From the NCBI GenBank assembly GCA_007695175.1, contig REEH01000143.1, positions 69,152-133,151 on the forward strand: a stretch of 64,000 bases of DNA, read 5' to 3'. This DNA comes from Spirochaetaceae bacterium. GTDB lineage: Bacteria > Spirochaetota > Spirochaetia > DSM-27196 > Alkalispirochaetaceae. The translations under genes and the position numbers were made by a program. Each line of letters starts with the position of its first letter. Positions within the stretch are counted from its first letter, which is position 1. The notes under the pieces were generated by a model. The model saw only the letters and a list, made by a program, of their open reading frames with translations. It was not told the DNA's origin and did not search any database. Of this stretch, positions 56,173-64,000 are shown one piece after another.

Positions 56173-56209
56173 ATAAACGCGGACCGGAAGAGTCCTTTCG
56201 GAGTCCGCG
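56173..56209 (-). terminator. Candidate terminator after the OMP-like gene: 7-8-bp stem CGCGGAC/GUCCGCG with internal UCC-GAAA-GGA, then UUUAU
   Basis: Read directly in the minus sense, just below the stop at 56216; long loop and short U-run make it weak. Confidence 0.35.
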
Positions 56210-56215
56210 GCGGCA

Positions 56216-57526
56216 CTAGTAGAGGTAGCGGAATCCCAGTGCGAGGGTGGCCGACTCCGCACGGCCCCAGCCGTATACGCTGGTATCATCTCCGGCCTGG
56301 ACCGACACGAAGGCGAGCATGTGGAATCCCTGGAAAACGTTCCACGCTACGCCGCCGGTTATCTCGGCGGATGCATCGATCGGGGACACCAGGCCGCGAC
56401 CGATCACCTGCACCGTCCGACCCGCCCCCCATACCAGCTCCGGGTGCAGTTGCACCGCGTATCCGGCTTCAGGATTCCGGAGGTCGTTCCAGGCGCCGGC
56501 GGGGGTAATCAGCGCTTCCAGCCGCGCCGCCAGGGTATGGTCCCGGCCGATCGGGAAGAGATAAAACGCGCCGAGGCTGAGCAGGGAGTAGTCTTCCAGC
56601 ACGTGTCCAATGCGCCCGCGGCCGGGTGGGGGACCATCCTCCGGCAGATGCAGGGCAGCGGCACCGTAGAGATCCGCCCCGAGGCTTCCCTGCAGCGCGA
56701 TCGCGGTACGGTGCACCCCGGCGGAACCGTCATAGAGCCAGGAGGGTTCCACCGTGAGAGGGCCCGCGGAACTGTGCAGGCGCAATCCCGCTCGGGAGTC
56801 CGCCGCCGGCGCTACCGCGGTCGCCCCGTTGCCGGTGGTGCCGGTGGAGGGGCTGCCGTCCGGATCGTCCGGGTAGTCCTGGGCGGCATTCGCTGTCCCG
56901 CCCAGGCTCAGTTCGGGCAGGGGCGGCAAGGCGACCGCCTCCAGATACCCCAGCGCACCAACGGGGAAATACAGCGCGAGAAGCCACGTCGTCTCATCCC
57001 GCACATCCTCGGACCGGGTGAAGTCCGCGGTGCTCCGCCCGTCGGCGCCAAAGATCAGGTCCGCCGCGTTGAAAAGGGACCCCAATCCCCAACTGAGACG
57101 ATCCCTCCCGGTGGTGACGCGCATCGAGTATTCTTCGGTCAGGGGGAAACGGAACCGGATGCTCGCCCGGGGGACTTCAAGGAATGCCGGGGAGGACGCG
57201 CCGGAGGAGTCCTCCAGCAGCGTCAGGCGCAGCTGGAGCCGGGACTGGACGTTTCGGTCTCCGGCGGAGCGAAAGTCCACCGTTCCCCGGGTCAGACCGG
57301 TGAGACCCAGTTCCTCACCGGTCCAGACCGTAGCGGCGAAACTCTCGATCTCCGTCTGGACGCGCGTCTCCGCGCCGAGAACTCCCGCCCCGCCAAGGAG
57401 CAGTACCATTGCCGCCGCGGTCGTCGCGCCTCTCAAGGCGCCACGCACGACGCCACGGCCGGCCCCACGGCCGGCGCCACGCCCCGTCTCGAACGATGCC
57501 CGCTTCCTCTGCTCCAGCGTTACCAT
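56216..57526 (-). CDS. Putative outer-membrane beta-barrel protein with Arg/Gly-rich N-terminal region
   Basis: Ends ...LALGFRYLY (aromatic C-terminus typical of OMPs); alternating beta-strand-like pattern; N-terminus MVTLEQRKRASFETGRGAGRGAGRGVVRGALRG before the hydrophobic MVLLLGGAGVLGA. ATG 57526 overlaps the upstream gene by 7 nt. Confidence 0.5.
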   Translation of the reverse strand: MVTLEQRKRASFETGRGAGRGAGRGVVRGALRGATTAAAMVLLLGGAGVLGAETRVQTEIESFAATVWTGEELGLTGLTRGTVDFRSAGDRNVQSRLQLRLTLLEDSSGASSPAFLEVPRASIRFRFPLTEEYSMRVTTGRDRLSWGLGSLFNAADLIFGADGRSTADFTRSEDVRDETTWLLALYFPVGALGYLEAVALPPLPELSLGGTANAAQDYPDDPDGSPSTGTTGNGATAVAPAADSRAGLRLHSSAGPLTVEPSWLYDGSAGVHRTAIALQGSLGADLYGAAALHLPEDGPPPGRGRIGHVLEDYSLLSLGAFYLFPIGRDHTLAARLEALITPAGAWNDLRNPEAGYAVQLHPELVWGAGRTVQVIGRGLVSPIDASAEITGGVAWNVFQGFHMLAFVSVQAGDDTSVYGWGRAESATLALGFRYLY

Positions 57527-58317
57527 GTCAGCGCATCCAGGGAGAAGATATTCCGGGGCAGGCTTACCCCGAGGCGTGCGGACTCGATAATCATTTCGGT
57601 ACCGCTGGAGCGGCGAGTCTCGTCCACGACTCGCATGCGCGACGGAAAGTGGTATCCGTCCCGGCGCATCGTCTCGAGAACGTGGACAGTTTTGAGCAGC
57701 CGTCCGCTCCGGGCAAACTGCTCCGCCCGACGCAGAACAAACTCCTCCCGGTCGACCCAGTAAACCTGGCGGGGGTAGGCTACGCTGGTGGTACGCGCCA
57801 CCAGCTCCACCTTGTACGAGGGATATCCGTCGACCTCATCCTCACCGATCAGGGTGAACCGGTAGTCTGACGCGAGACCCCGTCCGCCGGTCATGTCCTC
57901 GTAGGAGATGTCCGATCCGAGCAGGTTGTCCCGCAGGGCGGCGCCCTGGAGCCTGATTGTTTCGCGCGCGTCCGGGTAATAGAGGTAGAGGCTGTCGTCA
58001 CGACGCAGCACCCGCTGCCCCTCCTCCGCACGGGAGGTGAACTCTACCAGGAAGCGGTCCGCTCCCTCGCTGTGAGCGATGTAGGTACTGGAGCGGTCGC
58101 CGAAACGATCGCTGATTACCAGGCGCCCCTCGATGATCGCCGTTGAGTGCGTCTGGTTCGCCTCCATGCGCTCGATGATTTCATCGGCGGTGAGCGCCTC
58201 CGCCCGGGGGGGTGTCGCGAACAGGAAGCTCGCCGGAAGCAGCCATGCAGATATCAGTATACGCATACCGGCGCGGGTAATATTTCGACCGATTCGTTTC
58301 TTCTCAGAATTATGCAT
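57520..58317 (-). CDS. LolA-like periplasmic protein (outer-membrane lipoprotein-sorting protein family)
   Basis: Signal peptide MRILISAWLLPASFLFA; ~230-aa soluble domain of the LolA-like family usually found next to MacB/FtsX-type ABC permeases. Confidence 0.6.
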   Translation of the reverse strand: MHNSEKKRIGRNITRAGMRILISAWLLPASFLFATPPRAEALTADEIIERMEANQTHSTAIIEGRLVISDRFGDRSSTYIAHSEGADRFLVEFTSRAEEGQRVLRRDDSLYLYYPDARETIRLQGAALRDNLLGSDISYEDMTGGRGLASDYRFTLIGEDEVDGYPSYKVELVARTTSVAYPRQVYWVDREEFVLRRAEQFARSGRLLKTVHVLETMRRDGYHFPSRMRVVDETRRSSGTEMIIESARLGVSLPRNIFSLDALTW

Positions 58318-58368
58318 CTTTAACCTGTCCTTTCGCTTTCCGTTTTAAGCATCACCGCATCGGCGGGA

Positions 58369-59598
58369 TCACTCCGCCCGCAGCGCCTCCACCGGCCGCA
58401 GCTTTGCCGCCCGTCGCGCCGAGGGGTAGGTGGATACCATTGCCACGGCCAGGCCGAAGAAGAACACCAGCACGGTGGATCGCACATTCAGCACGGGGTA
58501 GAGCACGCTGGAGAGATCCATCTCCACCATATCCATGGCGGAACCGAAGTCGATGCCGATCCTGGAGAGTGGAATCGTAATCGCCACGCCGATCACCACT
58601 CCGACAAAGGATCCGATCGCCCCGAGGTACGCGGACTCCAGGAAGAAGAGGCGCACCAGCTCCCCACCGTGCATCCCCATCGCCGCGAGGGTACCGATCT
58701 CCCGGGTCCGCTCGTGGATGATCATCATGGTGGTGCTGATGATCACCGTGCTGGCCAGCAGGAAGAAGATCAGTGCGACGATGTTGTACACGACGCCGGC
58801 TGTCCGCAGGTAGGAGTACCCACCGCTGATCCGCGTCCAGGGAACGACGCTGAGCTCCGTCCTCCCTGATTCTTCAAGGAACGACCGCACACCATCGGCG
58901 AACTCCACGGTGTCACCACCGACACTCTTCAAGAGAATCTCGCTCGCCGCACCGTCCATCCGCATGTACCGGTCCGCGTTCTCGATCGGAAGGATATACC
59001 CGCTGCTGTTGAGCTGCGGTACGGGGAAGTCAGCCAGGCCTACCACGTCCAGGGTGAACGCGTTGGACCCGCGCCGGCGGGTCTGGATCAGAAACGTGAC
59101 GATATCCCCCGTTCCGATGTCCAGATCCGAGGCCAGACCGCGTCCGAGGATCGCCTCGTTGGTCCCGGATCGTGGAAGGCGCCCCGCCGCGATGACTCGC
59201 TCGAGATCCTGGTATTCCTGCTCCCGTTCCAGATCGAGGCCCAGCCCCAGAGTAGCAAACTGCTGTTCACCCCGGAACGCTGCTCCGAGAACGCGAATGC
59301 GGGGACTCACCGTTCTCACCTCAGGGTGCGCGCGGAGCCGGTCCACCAGGTCCCGGTAGTCCCCCACCACGTACTGAACGGGATTCAGGTACTCGTACCG
59401 GTCAAATTCGGCGTGGCGCAGGCGCACTTCCCCGGCGTCCCAGTCCCAGGAGTTGGTCTGGATGTTCGTTTTAATCCCCTCAAAGAGGGAAAAGAAGATG
59501 GTGATCGAAGTGGCCGCTACCGCCAGGGCAAGGATCGAGAGCAGACTGCGTCGCTTGTTTCTGAATATGTTCCGCAAAGCGATTCCTGACAGTCTCAT
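58369..59598 (-). CDS. ABC transporter permease, FtsX/MacB-like (4 TM + large periplasmic domain), copy 1
   Basis: MRLSGIALRNIFRNKRRSLLSILALAVAATSITIF...; C-terminal FtsX domain; ATGA overlap with the upstream stop. Confidence 0.8.
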   Translation of the reverse strand: MRLSGIALRNIFRNKRRSLLSILALAVAATSITIFFSLFEGIKTNIQTNSWDWDAGEVRLRHAEFDRYEYLNPVQYVVGDYRDLVDRLRAHPEVRTVSPRIRVLGAAFRGEQQFATLGLGLDLEREQEYQDLERVIAAGRLPRSGTNEAILGRGLASDLDIGTGDIVTFLIQTRRRGSNAFTLDVVGLADFPVPQLNSSGYILPIENADRYMRMDGAASEILLKSVGGDTVEFADGVRSFLEESGRTELSVVPWTRISGGYSYLRTAGVVYNIVALIFFLLASTVIISTTMMIIHERTREIGTLAAMGMHGGELVRLFFLESAYLGAIGSFVGVVIGVAITIPLSRIGIDFGSAMDMVEMDLSSVLYPVLNVRSTVLVFFFGLAVAMVSTYPSARRAAKLRPVEALRAE

Positions 59599-60866
59599 AC
59601 ATGCCTCAGACAATCGGTAACGCTCTTCTTGAGAATCCGCCGGGTGGGAAAGATCGCCACCACCCCGGCGACCAGGACGGCGAAAACCGTGGCGCTCACC
59701 ATCGTTCCATAATTCCATACGCCGTACAGAACGCTGTCAAAGCGGTAGCCCGCAAAATCGATCTCCGACATGAGCCTGGAGTAATCGACTCCGTAGGTGA
59801 CCAGCAGCCCCGTGAAGACGCTGCCCAGAGCAAGACCGCCGATCGCGCCGAGAACGCCGATTCCCGCCGCTTCCAGGGAGAAGAGCAGGCGGATCTCCCT
59901 GTTATGAAGACCCAGGGACCGCAGCATCCCGATCTCCCGTTCGCGCTCAAGGACCGACATGAGCATCGTGTTGGAGACCCCCACGATCGCGATAATCGCC
60001 AGGAGAAAGAGCAGCAGGTTGGTAAACCCCTCCTCCATCTCCATCATCTCCGTGAACTCCTCGGTCATATCCGCGTAGGAAAGGGCAACGACAGGGCCGG
60101 CGCCGACCGCTTCGAGAACCCGCCGCGCCGGGGCAGGGTCCGCCGTGCCCGGTATCGCTTCCGGAAGCTTCAGGTGAATCGAGGTAACCGCCCCCTTCAT
60201 CTCCAGGTAGAGATCCGCCACGTCCAGCGGCAGGTGTACCTTGTTGCGGTCCACGTAGGGATTGGGAGACTCGTAGATTCCTGCCACCTCCAGTTCCAGG
60301 AACTGCCGGTACCCGTCGCGAGTCCGGGTGGTGACGCTCACGGGATACCCCACCTCCGCACCGAGCTGCTCCGCGAGCCACCGCCCCAGGACGATCTCCT
60401 CCCGGCCCGATTCCAGCCAGCGGCCCTCCACGATCGCCTCCCGCAGACGGAAAACCCGGGAATCAAGCTCCGGGTCCAGACCGGCAAAAACCATCGGAAC
60501 AGACCCATCCTCGGGGAAGGGATCGTAGTGCACGATCAGGTCTCCCCGGAACGTCGTGCGCGGAGCCGCGGGTATACCGGCCTCCTCGAGTACCCGCAGA
60601 AGCGCCTCCGGGTCCTCCACGAGACGGTCCAGGAGGTACCGGTGCCGCTCATCCCAGTATTCCGGCGCGGTAATCGCGGCGTTGCCGATCTCGAAATCCA
60701 CCAGGTTCCGGTCGATTTCGCTGATGAAACCCACCAGGATCGAGTCCATGCTCGTATAGATCGAGATACCTACCGCCATGGCGAGGGCGGTAACAACCGT
60801 CCGACGTCTGTGACGAGTCAGGTTCCTGAAGGCCAGGACGAAGAAGAATCGCGCTCGTCGTACCAT
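59595..60866 (-). CDS. ABC transporter permease, FtsX/MacB-like, copy 2
   Basis: MVRRARFFFVLAFRNLTRHRRRTVVTALAMAVGISIY...; TGATG overlap with the ATPase stop. Confidence 0.8.
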   Translation of the reverse strand: MVRRARFFFVLAFRNLTRHRRRTVVTALAMAVGISIYTSMDSILVGFISEIDRNLVDFEIGNAAITAPEYWDERHRYLLDRLVEDPEALLRVLEEAGIPAAPRTTFRGDLIVHYDPFPEDGSVPMVFAGLDPELDSRVFRLREAIVEGRWLESGREEIVLGRWLAEQLGAEVGYPVSVTTRTRDGYRQFLELEVAGIYESPNPYVDRNKVHLPLDVADLYLEMKGAVTSIHLKLPEAIPGTADPAPARRVLEAVGAGPVVALSYADMTEEFTEMMEMEEGFTNLLLFLLAIIAIVGVSNTMLMSVLEREREIGMLRSLGLHNREIRLLFSLEAAGIGVLGAIGGLALGSVFTGLLVTYGVDYSRLMSEIDFAGYRFDSVLYGVWNYGTMVSATVFAVLVAGVVAIFPTRRILKKSVTDCLRHV

Positions 60867-61549
60867 CACACGCTCCGTTTCTCGTCGCTCTCGATCTCTC
60901 CGTCGTGCAGCCGGCAGAGGCGCCCGGCGTAGTCCATCACCATCGGATCGTGGGTTGAGAAGACAAAGGTGGTTCCCCGGTCATGGTTGATGCGCTTCAT
61001 GAGCTTCAGAAGAGCCTCGCCTGTTCCGGAGTCGAGATTAGCCGTGGGCTCGTCGGCGAGCACGATCAGGGGTTCCTTGATAAGAGCCCGGGCGACGGCC
61101 ACCCGTTGCTGCTGACCACCGGAGAGTTTGGACGGCCGCCGGTTCTCCATTCCTTCCAGTCCGACTTCGTGGAGCAGGGTCATTGTCCGTTCACGGATCT
61201 CTCCCCGGGGCAGTTCAAGCATCTCCAGGACGATCGCTACGTTCTCGTAGGCCGAAAGTACCGGGATGAGGTTGAAACTCTGAAAGACAAAACCGATCTT
61301 GTGGCGCCGGATCTCCACCAGCTCCTTTGCCTTTCGCCGCGCGAGTTCTTCACCATCGATCGAGATTTCTCCGCCGTCGATACTGTCGATGCACCCGATC
61401 AGGTTGAGCAGGGTAGTCTTTCCAGATCCCGATGGACCTGCTATGGAGAGAAACTCGCCCCGCTCGATTTCCATGGAGACACCCCGCAGAGCGTGCACCT
61501 TGATGTCCCCGTCGATGTAGTCTTTCTTCACGTCCTTGATCGTGATCAT
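60866..61549 (-). CDS. ABC transporter ATP-binding protein (LolD/MacB-ATPase/YtrE-like)
   Basis: Walker A GPSGSGKTT, LSGGQQQRVAVARAL, Walker B VLADEP, H-loop FSTHD. Confidence 0.85.
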   Translation of the reverse strand: MITIKDVKKDYIDGDIKVHALRGVSMEIERGEFLSIAGPSGSGKTTLLNLIGCIDSIDGGEISIDGEELARRKAKELVEIRRHKIGFVFQSFNLIPVLSAYENVAIVLEMLELPRGEIRERTMTLLHEVGLEGMENRRPSKLSGGQQQRVAVARALIKEPLIVLADEPTANLDSGTGEALLKLMKRINHDRGTTFVFSTHDPMVMDYAGRLCRLHDGEIESDEKRSV

Positions 61550-62700
61550 CGAGCGTTCTCCTCCCCACCGGCGGGACTGTCGCCGGTCGGACCTCGCTGG
61601 TCGTCCTCCCGATTCTGCATCGCCGCAAGCTTGTTCTGCAGCGCTACCAGTCCCACCGGGTGTCCCAGGTTCATCTGCTCCGCCGCGGAGGATGGTACCA
61701 GGACAACCGAGCCTTTGCTCTGACGCAGCGCGTCGTAGACCATGTTCATCGCCCGCAGCTGAAACGCCTGGGGGTTGTCCCGATAGTACTCGTCGGCGCG
61801 GCGCATCTTTTCCGCCAGCTGGATCTCCGTGTCGCCGAGAATGATCCGCGCCCGGTGCTCCCGGTCCGCCTGGGCGTGGCGGCTCATGGCGTCCTCCAGT
61901 TCCCCGGGAATCACGATGTCCGTAAACTCCACCGACAGAACGGTGATACCCCAGGGATTGGTCTTTGCGTCGAGAATCTTCTGCAGCTTCGCCCCCACCT
62001 GGTCGCGTTCGCTCAGGAGCTCCTCCAGATTATGCGAACCGATCGCCTCACGCAGGGCGGTCTGGGCGGAAAGCGTCACCGCCTCGAGGAAATCCTGCAC
62101 CTCCAGGACCGCCTTCTGGGCGTCCCAGATCATCCAGAAACAGATAGCATCCACGTGGACGGGAACGTTGTCCCGGCTCAGGGTGCGTTCCGCGCTGAAG
62201 TCGGTCACGCGAATACGCGTATCCACCCGGGCGGCAATGCGGTCGATGAAGGGGGGGAGCAGGAAGAGACCCGCCCCACGCACCCTGTGGAAGCGCCCCA
62301 GGCGCAGGATGACTGCCCGGTCCCAGTGGAGGAGCAGGTTCACCATCGCCGCCGGGAGAAGCGAAAGTGCGGGTACGGCGTACAGGATGGCCCGATCGGA
62401 CCCGCTCACGCTGTAAAGGACTGCCCAGCTCGCCATAAGCGCGATCACCAGCATCCCCCAGGTGGGAAGGGCAACCAGGAGGAGCGCCCCCAGGATCACC
62501 GCGTAAACGACTCCCTGAAACTCCTCGCCGGAGAGCGCGAAACCTGAAAGGTGCATCGCCCCGAACGCACCGGCACACACCACCGCCAGAAGCAGAAAGG
62601 AAAAAGTGGAAAACCGGAAGTCCCGCGGGATCACCCGGCGGGGAACGTTTTTTATCCGCGACACCCGGGGGTTGCGAAAGAGTCCCTGTAAACCCGTCAT
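61546..62700 (-). CDS. SPFH/band-7 (stomatin-prohibitin) family membrane protein
   Basis: Start MTGLQGLFRN... (ATG 62700). N-terminal TM segments. SPFH core ...VDAICFWMIWDAQKAV...LREAIGSHNLEELLSERDQVG... Coiled C-terminus. ATGA overlap with the ABC ATPase start. Confidence 0.75.
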   Translation of the reverse strand: MTGLQGLFRNPRVSRIKNVPRRVIPRDFRFSTFSFLLLAVVCAGAFGAMHLSGFALSGEEFQGVVYAVILGALLLVALPTWGMLVIALMASWAVLYSVSGSDRAILYAVPALSLLPAAMVNLLLHWDRAVILRLGRFHRVRGAGLFLLPPFIDRIAARVDTRIRVTDFSAERTLSRDNVPVHVDAICFWMIWDAQKAVLEVQDFLEAVTLSAQTALREAIGSHNLEELLSERDQVGAKLQKILDAKTNPWGITVLSVEFTDIVIPGELEDAMSRHAQADREHRARIILGDTEIQLAEKMRRADEYYRDNPQAFQLRAMNMVYDALRQSKGSVVLVPSSAAEQMNLGHPVGLVALQNKLAAMQNREDDQRGPTGDSPAGGEENAR

Positions 62701-62713
62701 AAAGACCTCCTGA

Positions 62714-63100
62714 TCATTCTCGCTCTCCCATTTCCCGGAGCTGGGCGATAATCTCCTCCAGGGAAAACCCGTAGGAACCGGCCTGGACGAGGGTCGACCG
62801 GCATAGCTCGGAGAGAATACGCTCCCGTTCCACCTCGGAAAATGAAATCTCCCGATCCGAGATGAACGTGCCGGTACCCTGCTGGGTGTTGACGATGCCC
62901 CGGATCTCCAGCTGGTTGTACGCCTTCGCCACTGTGTTGGGGTTGATCTGCAAGTCCACCGCAAGGCTTCGCACCGTAGGCAGCTGGTCGCCGGCGGCCA
63001 GGCGATCGCCGGCGATCGCCATCTCCACCTGGAGAATTATCTGCTTGTAATAGGGTATCCCGCTGTTGTTGTCGATTGTAAACCGGATTTCCCGCGCCAC
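62714..63100 (-). CDS. GntR-family transcriptional regulator, short YtrA-like subfamily
   Basis: 128 aa; N-terminal wHTH AAGDQLPTVRSLAVDLQINPNTVAKAYNQLEIRGIV; short C-terminal domain typical of YtrA. GTG start after GAGGAA. Confidence 0.8.
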   Translation of the reverse strand: MAREIRFTIDNNSGIPYYKQIILQVEMAIAGDRLAAGDQLPTVRSLAVDLQINPNTVAKAYNQLEIRGIVNTQQGTGTFISDREISFSEVERERILSELCRSTLVQAGSYGFSLEEIIAQLREMGERE

Positions 63101-63112
63101 GTCCTGTTCCTC

Positions 63113-63148
63113 TGTACTATTGTACTACATAAACAGTACAATAGTACA
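63113..63148. promoter_or_regulatory. Perfect inverted repeat TGTACTATTGTACT-N8-AGTACAATAGTACA (four GTAC cores), candidate operator of the YtrA-like repressor
   Basis: Read directly, 13 nt upstream of the gntR start. Overlaps a plausible -10 (TACTAT) with TTGCGT ~15 nt further upstream (minus sense). Confidence 0.55.
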
Positions 63149-63178
63149 GGAAAACTTTTTTACGCAATGGGTGCAGCG

Positions 63179-63934
63179 CTACAACTCAGCCACGATACAG
63201 AGGAGAAAAGAATCGTCTTCATCGAAAGGACTGCCCTCGTACCCGCCGTAGGTCCTGATACCGGTGAAGCCCGCCGCCCGAGCGGCCGCAACCAGCTCGT
63301 CCCGACGCAGCGTGAGGAGCGGCGTCGTGGCACTGACCGACTCCTCTCCCTCCCGTTCCAGTTCAACGTGAAAGACCGTCGTCCCCGGCGTACTCGAAGG
63401 CCGGTATTCGCGCCGCATGGTAATACCCGTCCGCTCCACGGGCGGTAACGGACGGGCTCTCTCCTCTCCACCCTCCGGGGGTGCAAACCGGGCGAAGTTG
63501 ATCACCTGAACAACCAGCCTGCCCGTTCCCGACGATCCGGGGGAGGCCAGCACTCGAGCCGCTTCCCGGAAAAAGATATCAACCGCTCCGCGATCGCTCA
63601 GGTGGGGCAGGGAGTTTCCGATGCAGAACATGCCGCCCCAGGGAATGGAAACGGCAGCGGTTATGGCCGGGATATCCTCCAGGGAACCAACCAGAAAGCG
63701 ACCATCCCGTCCGCAGCATCGGGCACGAGCGATCATCGCCTGGTCGGCATCGAATCCGACAACCGACATGCCCCGGGAGGCGAGTGCGGCTGTGTAATTA
63801 CCGGTTCCGCAGGCGGCATCGACGATAACCCCCGACACACCGCCAAAGGTTTCCTCCAGGAAATCGACGGTTTCATTTTCCGCCGGAAACAGCGTGTCGT
63901 AATACTGGGCCAGAATACTGTAGAAACTGCTCAT
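63179..63934 (-). CDS. Class I SAM-dependent methyltransferase
   Basis: VIVDAACGTGNYTAALA (motif I), VGFDADQAM (motif II-like). Confidence 0.7.
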   Translation of the reverse strand: MSSFYSILAQYYDTLFPAENETVDFLEETFGGVSGVIVDAACGTGNYTAALASRGMSVVGFDADQAMIARARCCGRDGRFLVGSLEDIPAITAAVSIPWGGMFCIGNSLPHLSDRGAVDIFFREAARVLASPGSSGTGRLVVQVINFARFAPPEGGEERARPLPPVERTGITMRREYRPSSTPGTTVFHVELEREGEESVSATTPLLTLRRDELVAAARAAGFTGIRTYGGYEGSPFDEDDSFLLCIVAEL

Positions 63935-64000
63935 ATCGCTCCGTCCCGTATTTCATCATAGCACGTTTGCCCATACGGTTCGGAAGGAAAAACGGGAGAA

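Noticed and set aside
1-64000. Mobile elements, prophage or defence islands (transposase, integrase, restriction-modification, toxin-antitoxin, Cas).
   Set aside because: None of the translated ORFs shows DDE, tyrosine-recombinase, methyltransferase-restriction or nuclease motifs. The two SAM methyltransferases are small-molecule-type with no partner endonuclease.

Overview
This is a high-GC (roughly 60-65%) bacterial chromosomal segment, densely coding on both strands, with diderm hallmarks (TAT signals, LolA-like protein, beta-barrel-like OMP) and an anaerobe-style gene content. I found no rRNA/tRNA, CRISPR array, transposase or integrase.

Main blocks, 5'->3':
- Housekeeping genes: Nudix fragment, PgeF, nitroreductase, FAD monooxygenase, ArsC-like protein, chorismate mutase, a secreted metallophosphoesterase.
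- A Cache-type histidine kinase plus NarL-family regulator next to a DAACS symporter.
- A pair of convergent PflA-like radical-SAM genes that both carry twin-arginine N-termini, flanked by a TAT-signal aldo/keto reductase and a fused MFS/spermidine-synthase gene.
- Two paralogous Mrp/Mbh-type cation:proton antiporter clusters. The first is AT-richer and has a PTS-Ntr EIIA gene and a P-II-like gene embedded in it.
- Acetyl-CoA synthetase.
- An NAD-linked formate dehydrogenase operon (NuoE/NuoF-like subunits plus FdhA), beside a complete molybdopterin-guanine-dinucleotide cofactor biosynthesis set (moeA, moaA, moaC, mobB, moaD, moaE, mogA, fdhD, mobA).
- A four-gene ABC importer.
- A rhodanese-DedA fusion with HdrB-like and GltD-like redox genes.
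- A YtrA-type GntR operon: SPFH protein, MacB/FtsX-type ABC exporter, LolA-like protein and an OMP-like protein, with a perfect palindromic operator upstream.

Many of the long ORFs in the six-frame track are antisense shadows of these genes, as expected in GC-rich DNA. All functional calls come from reading motifs by eye, not from database searches.
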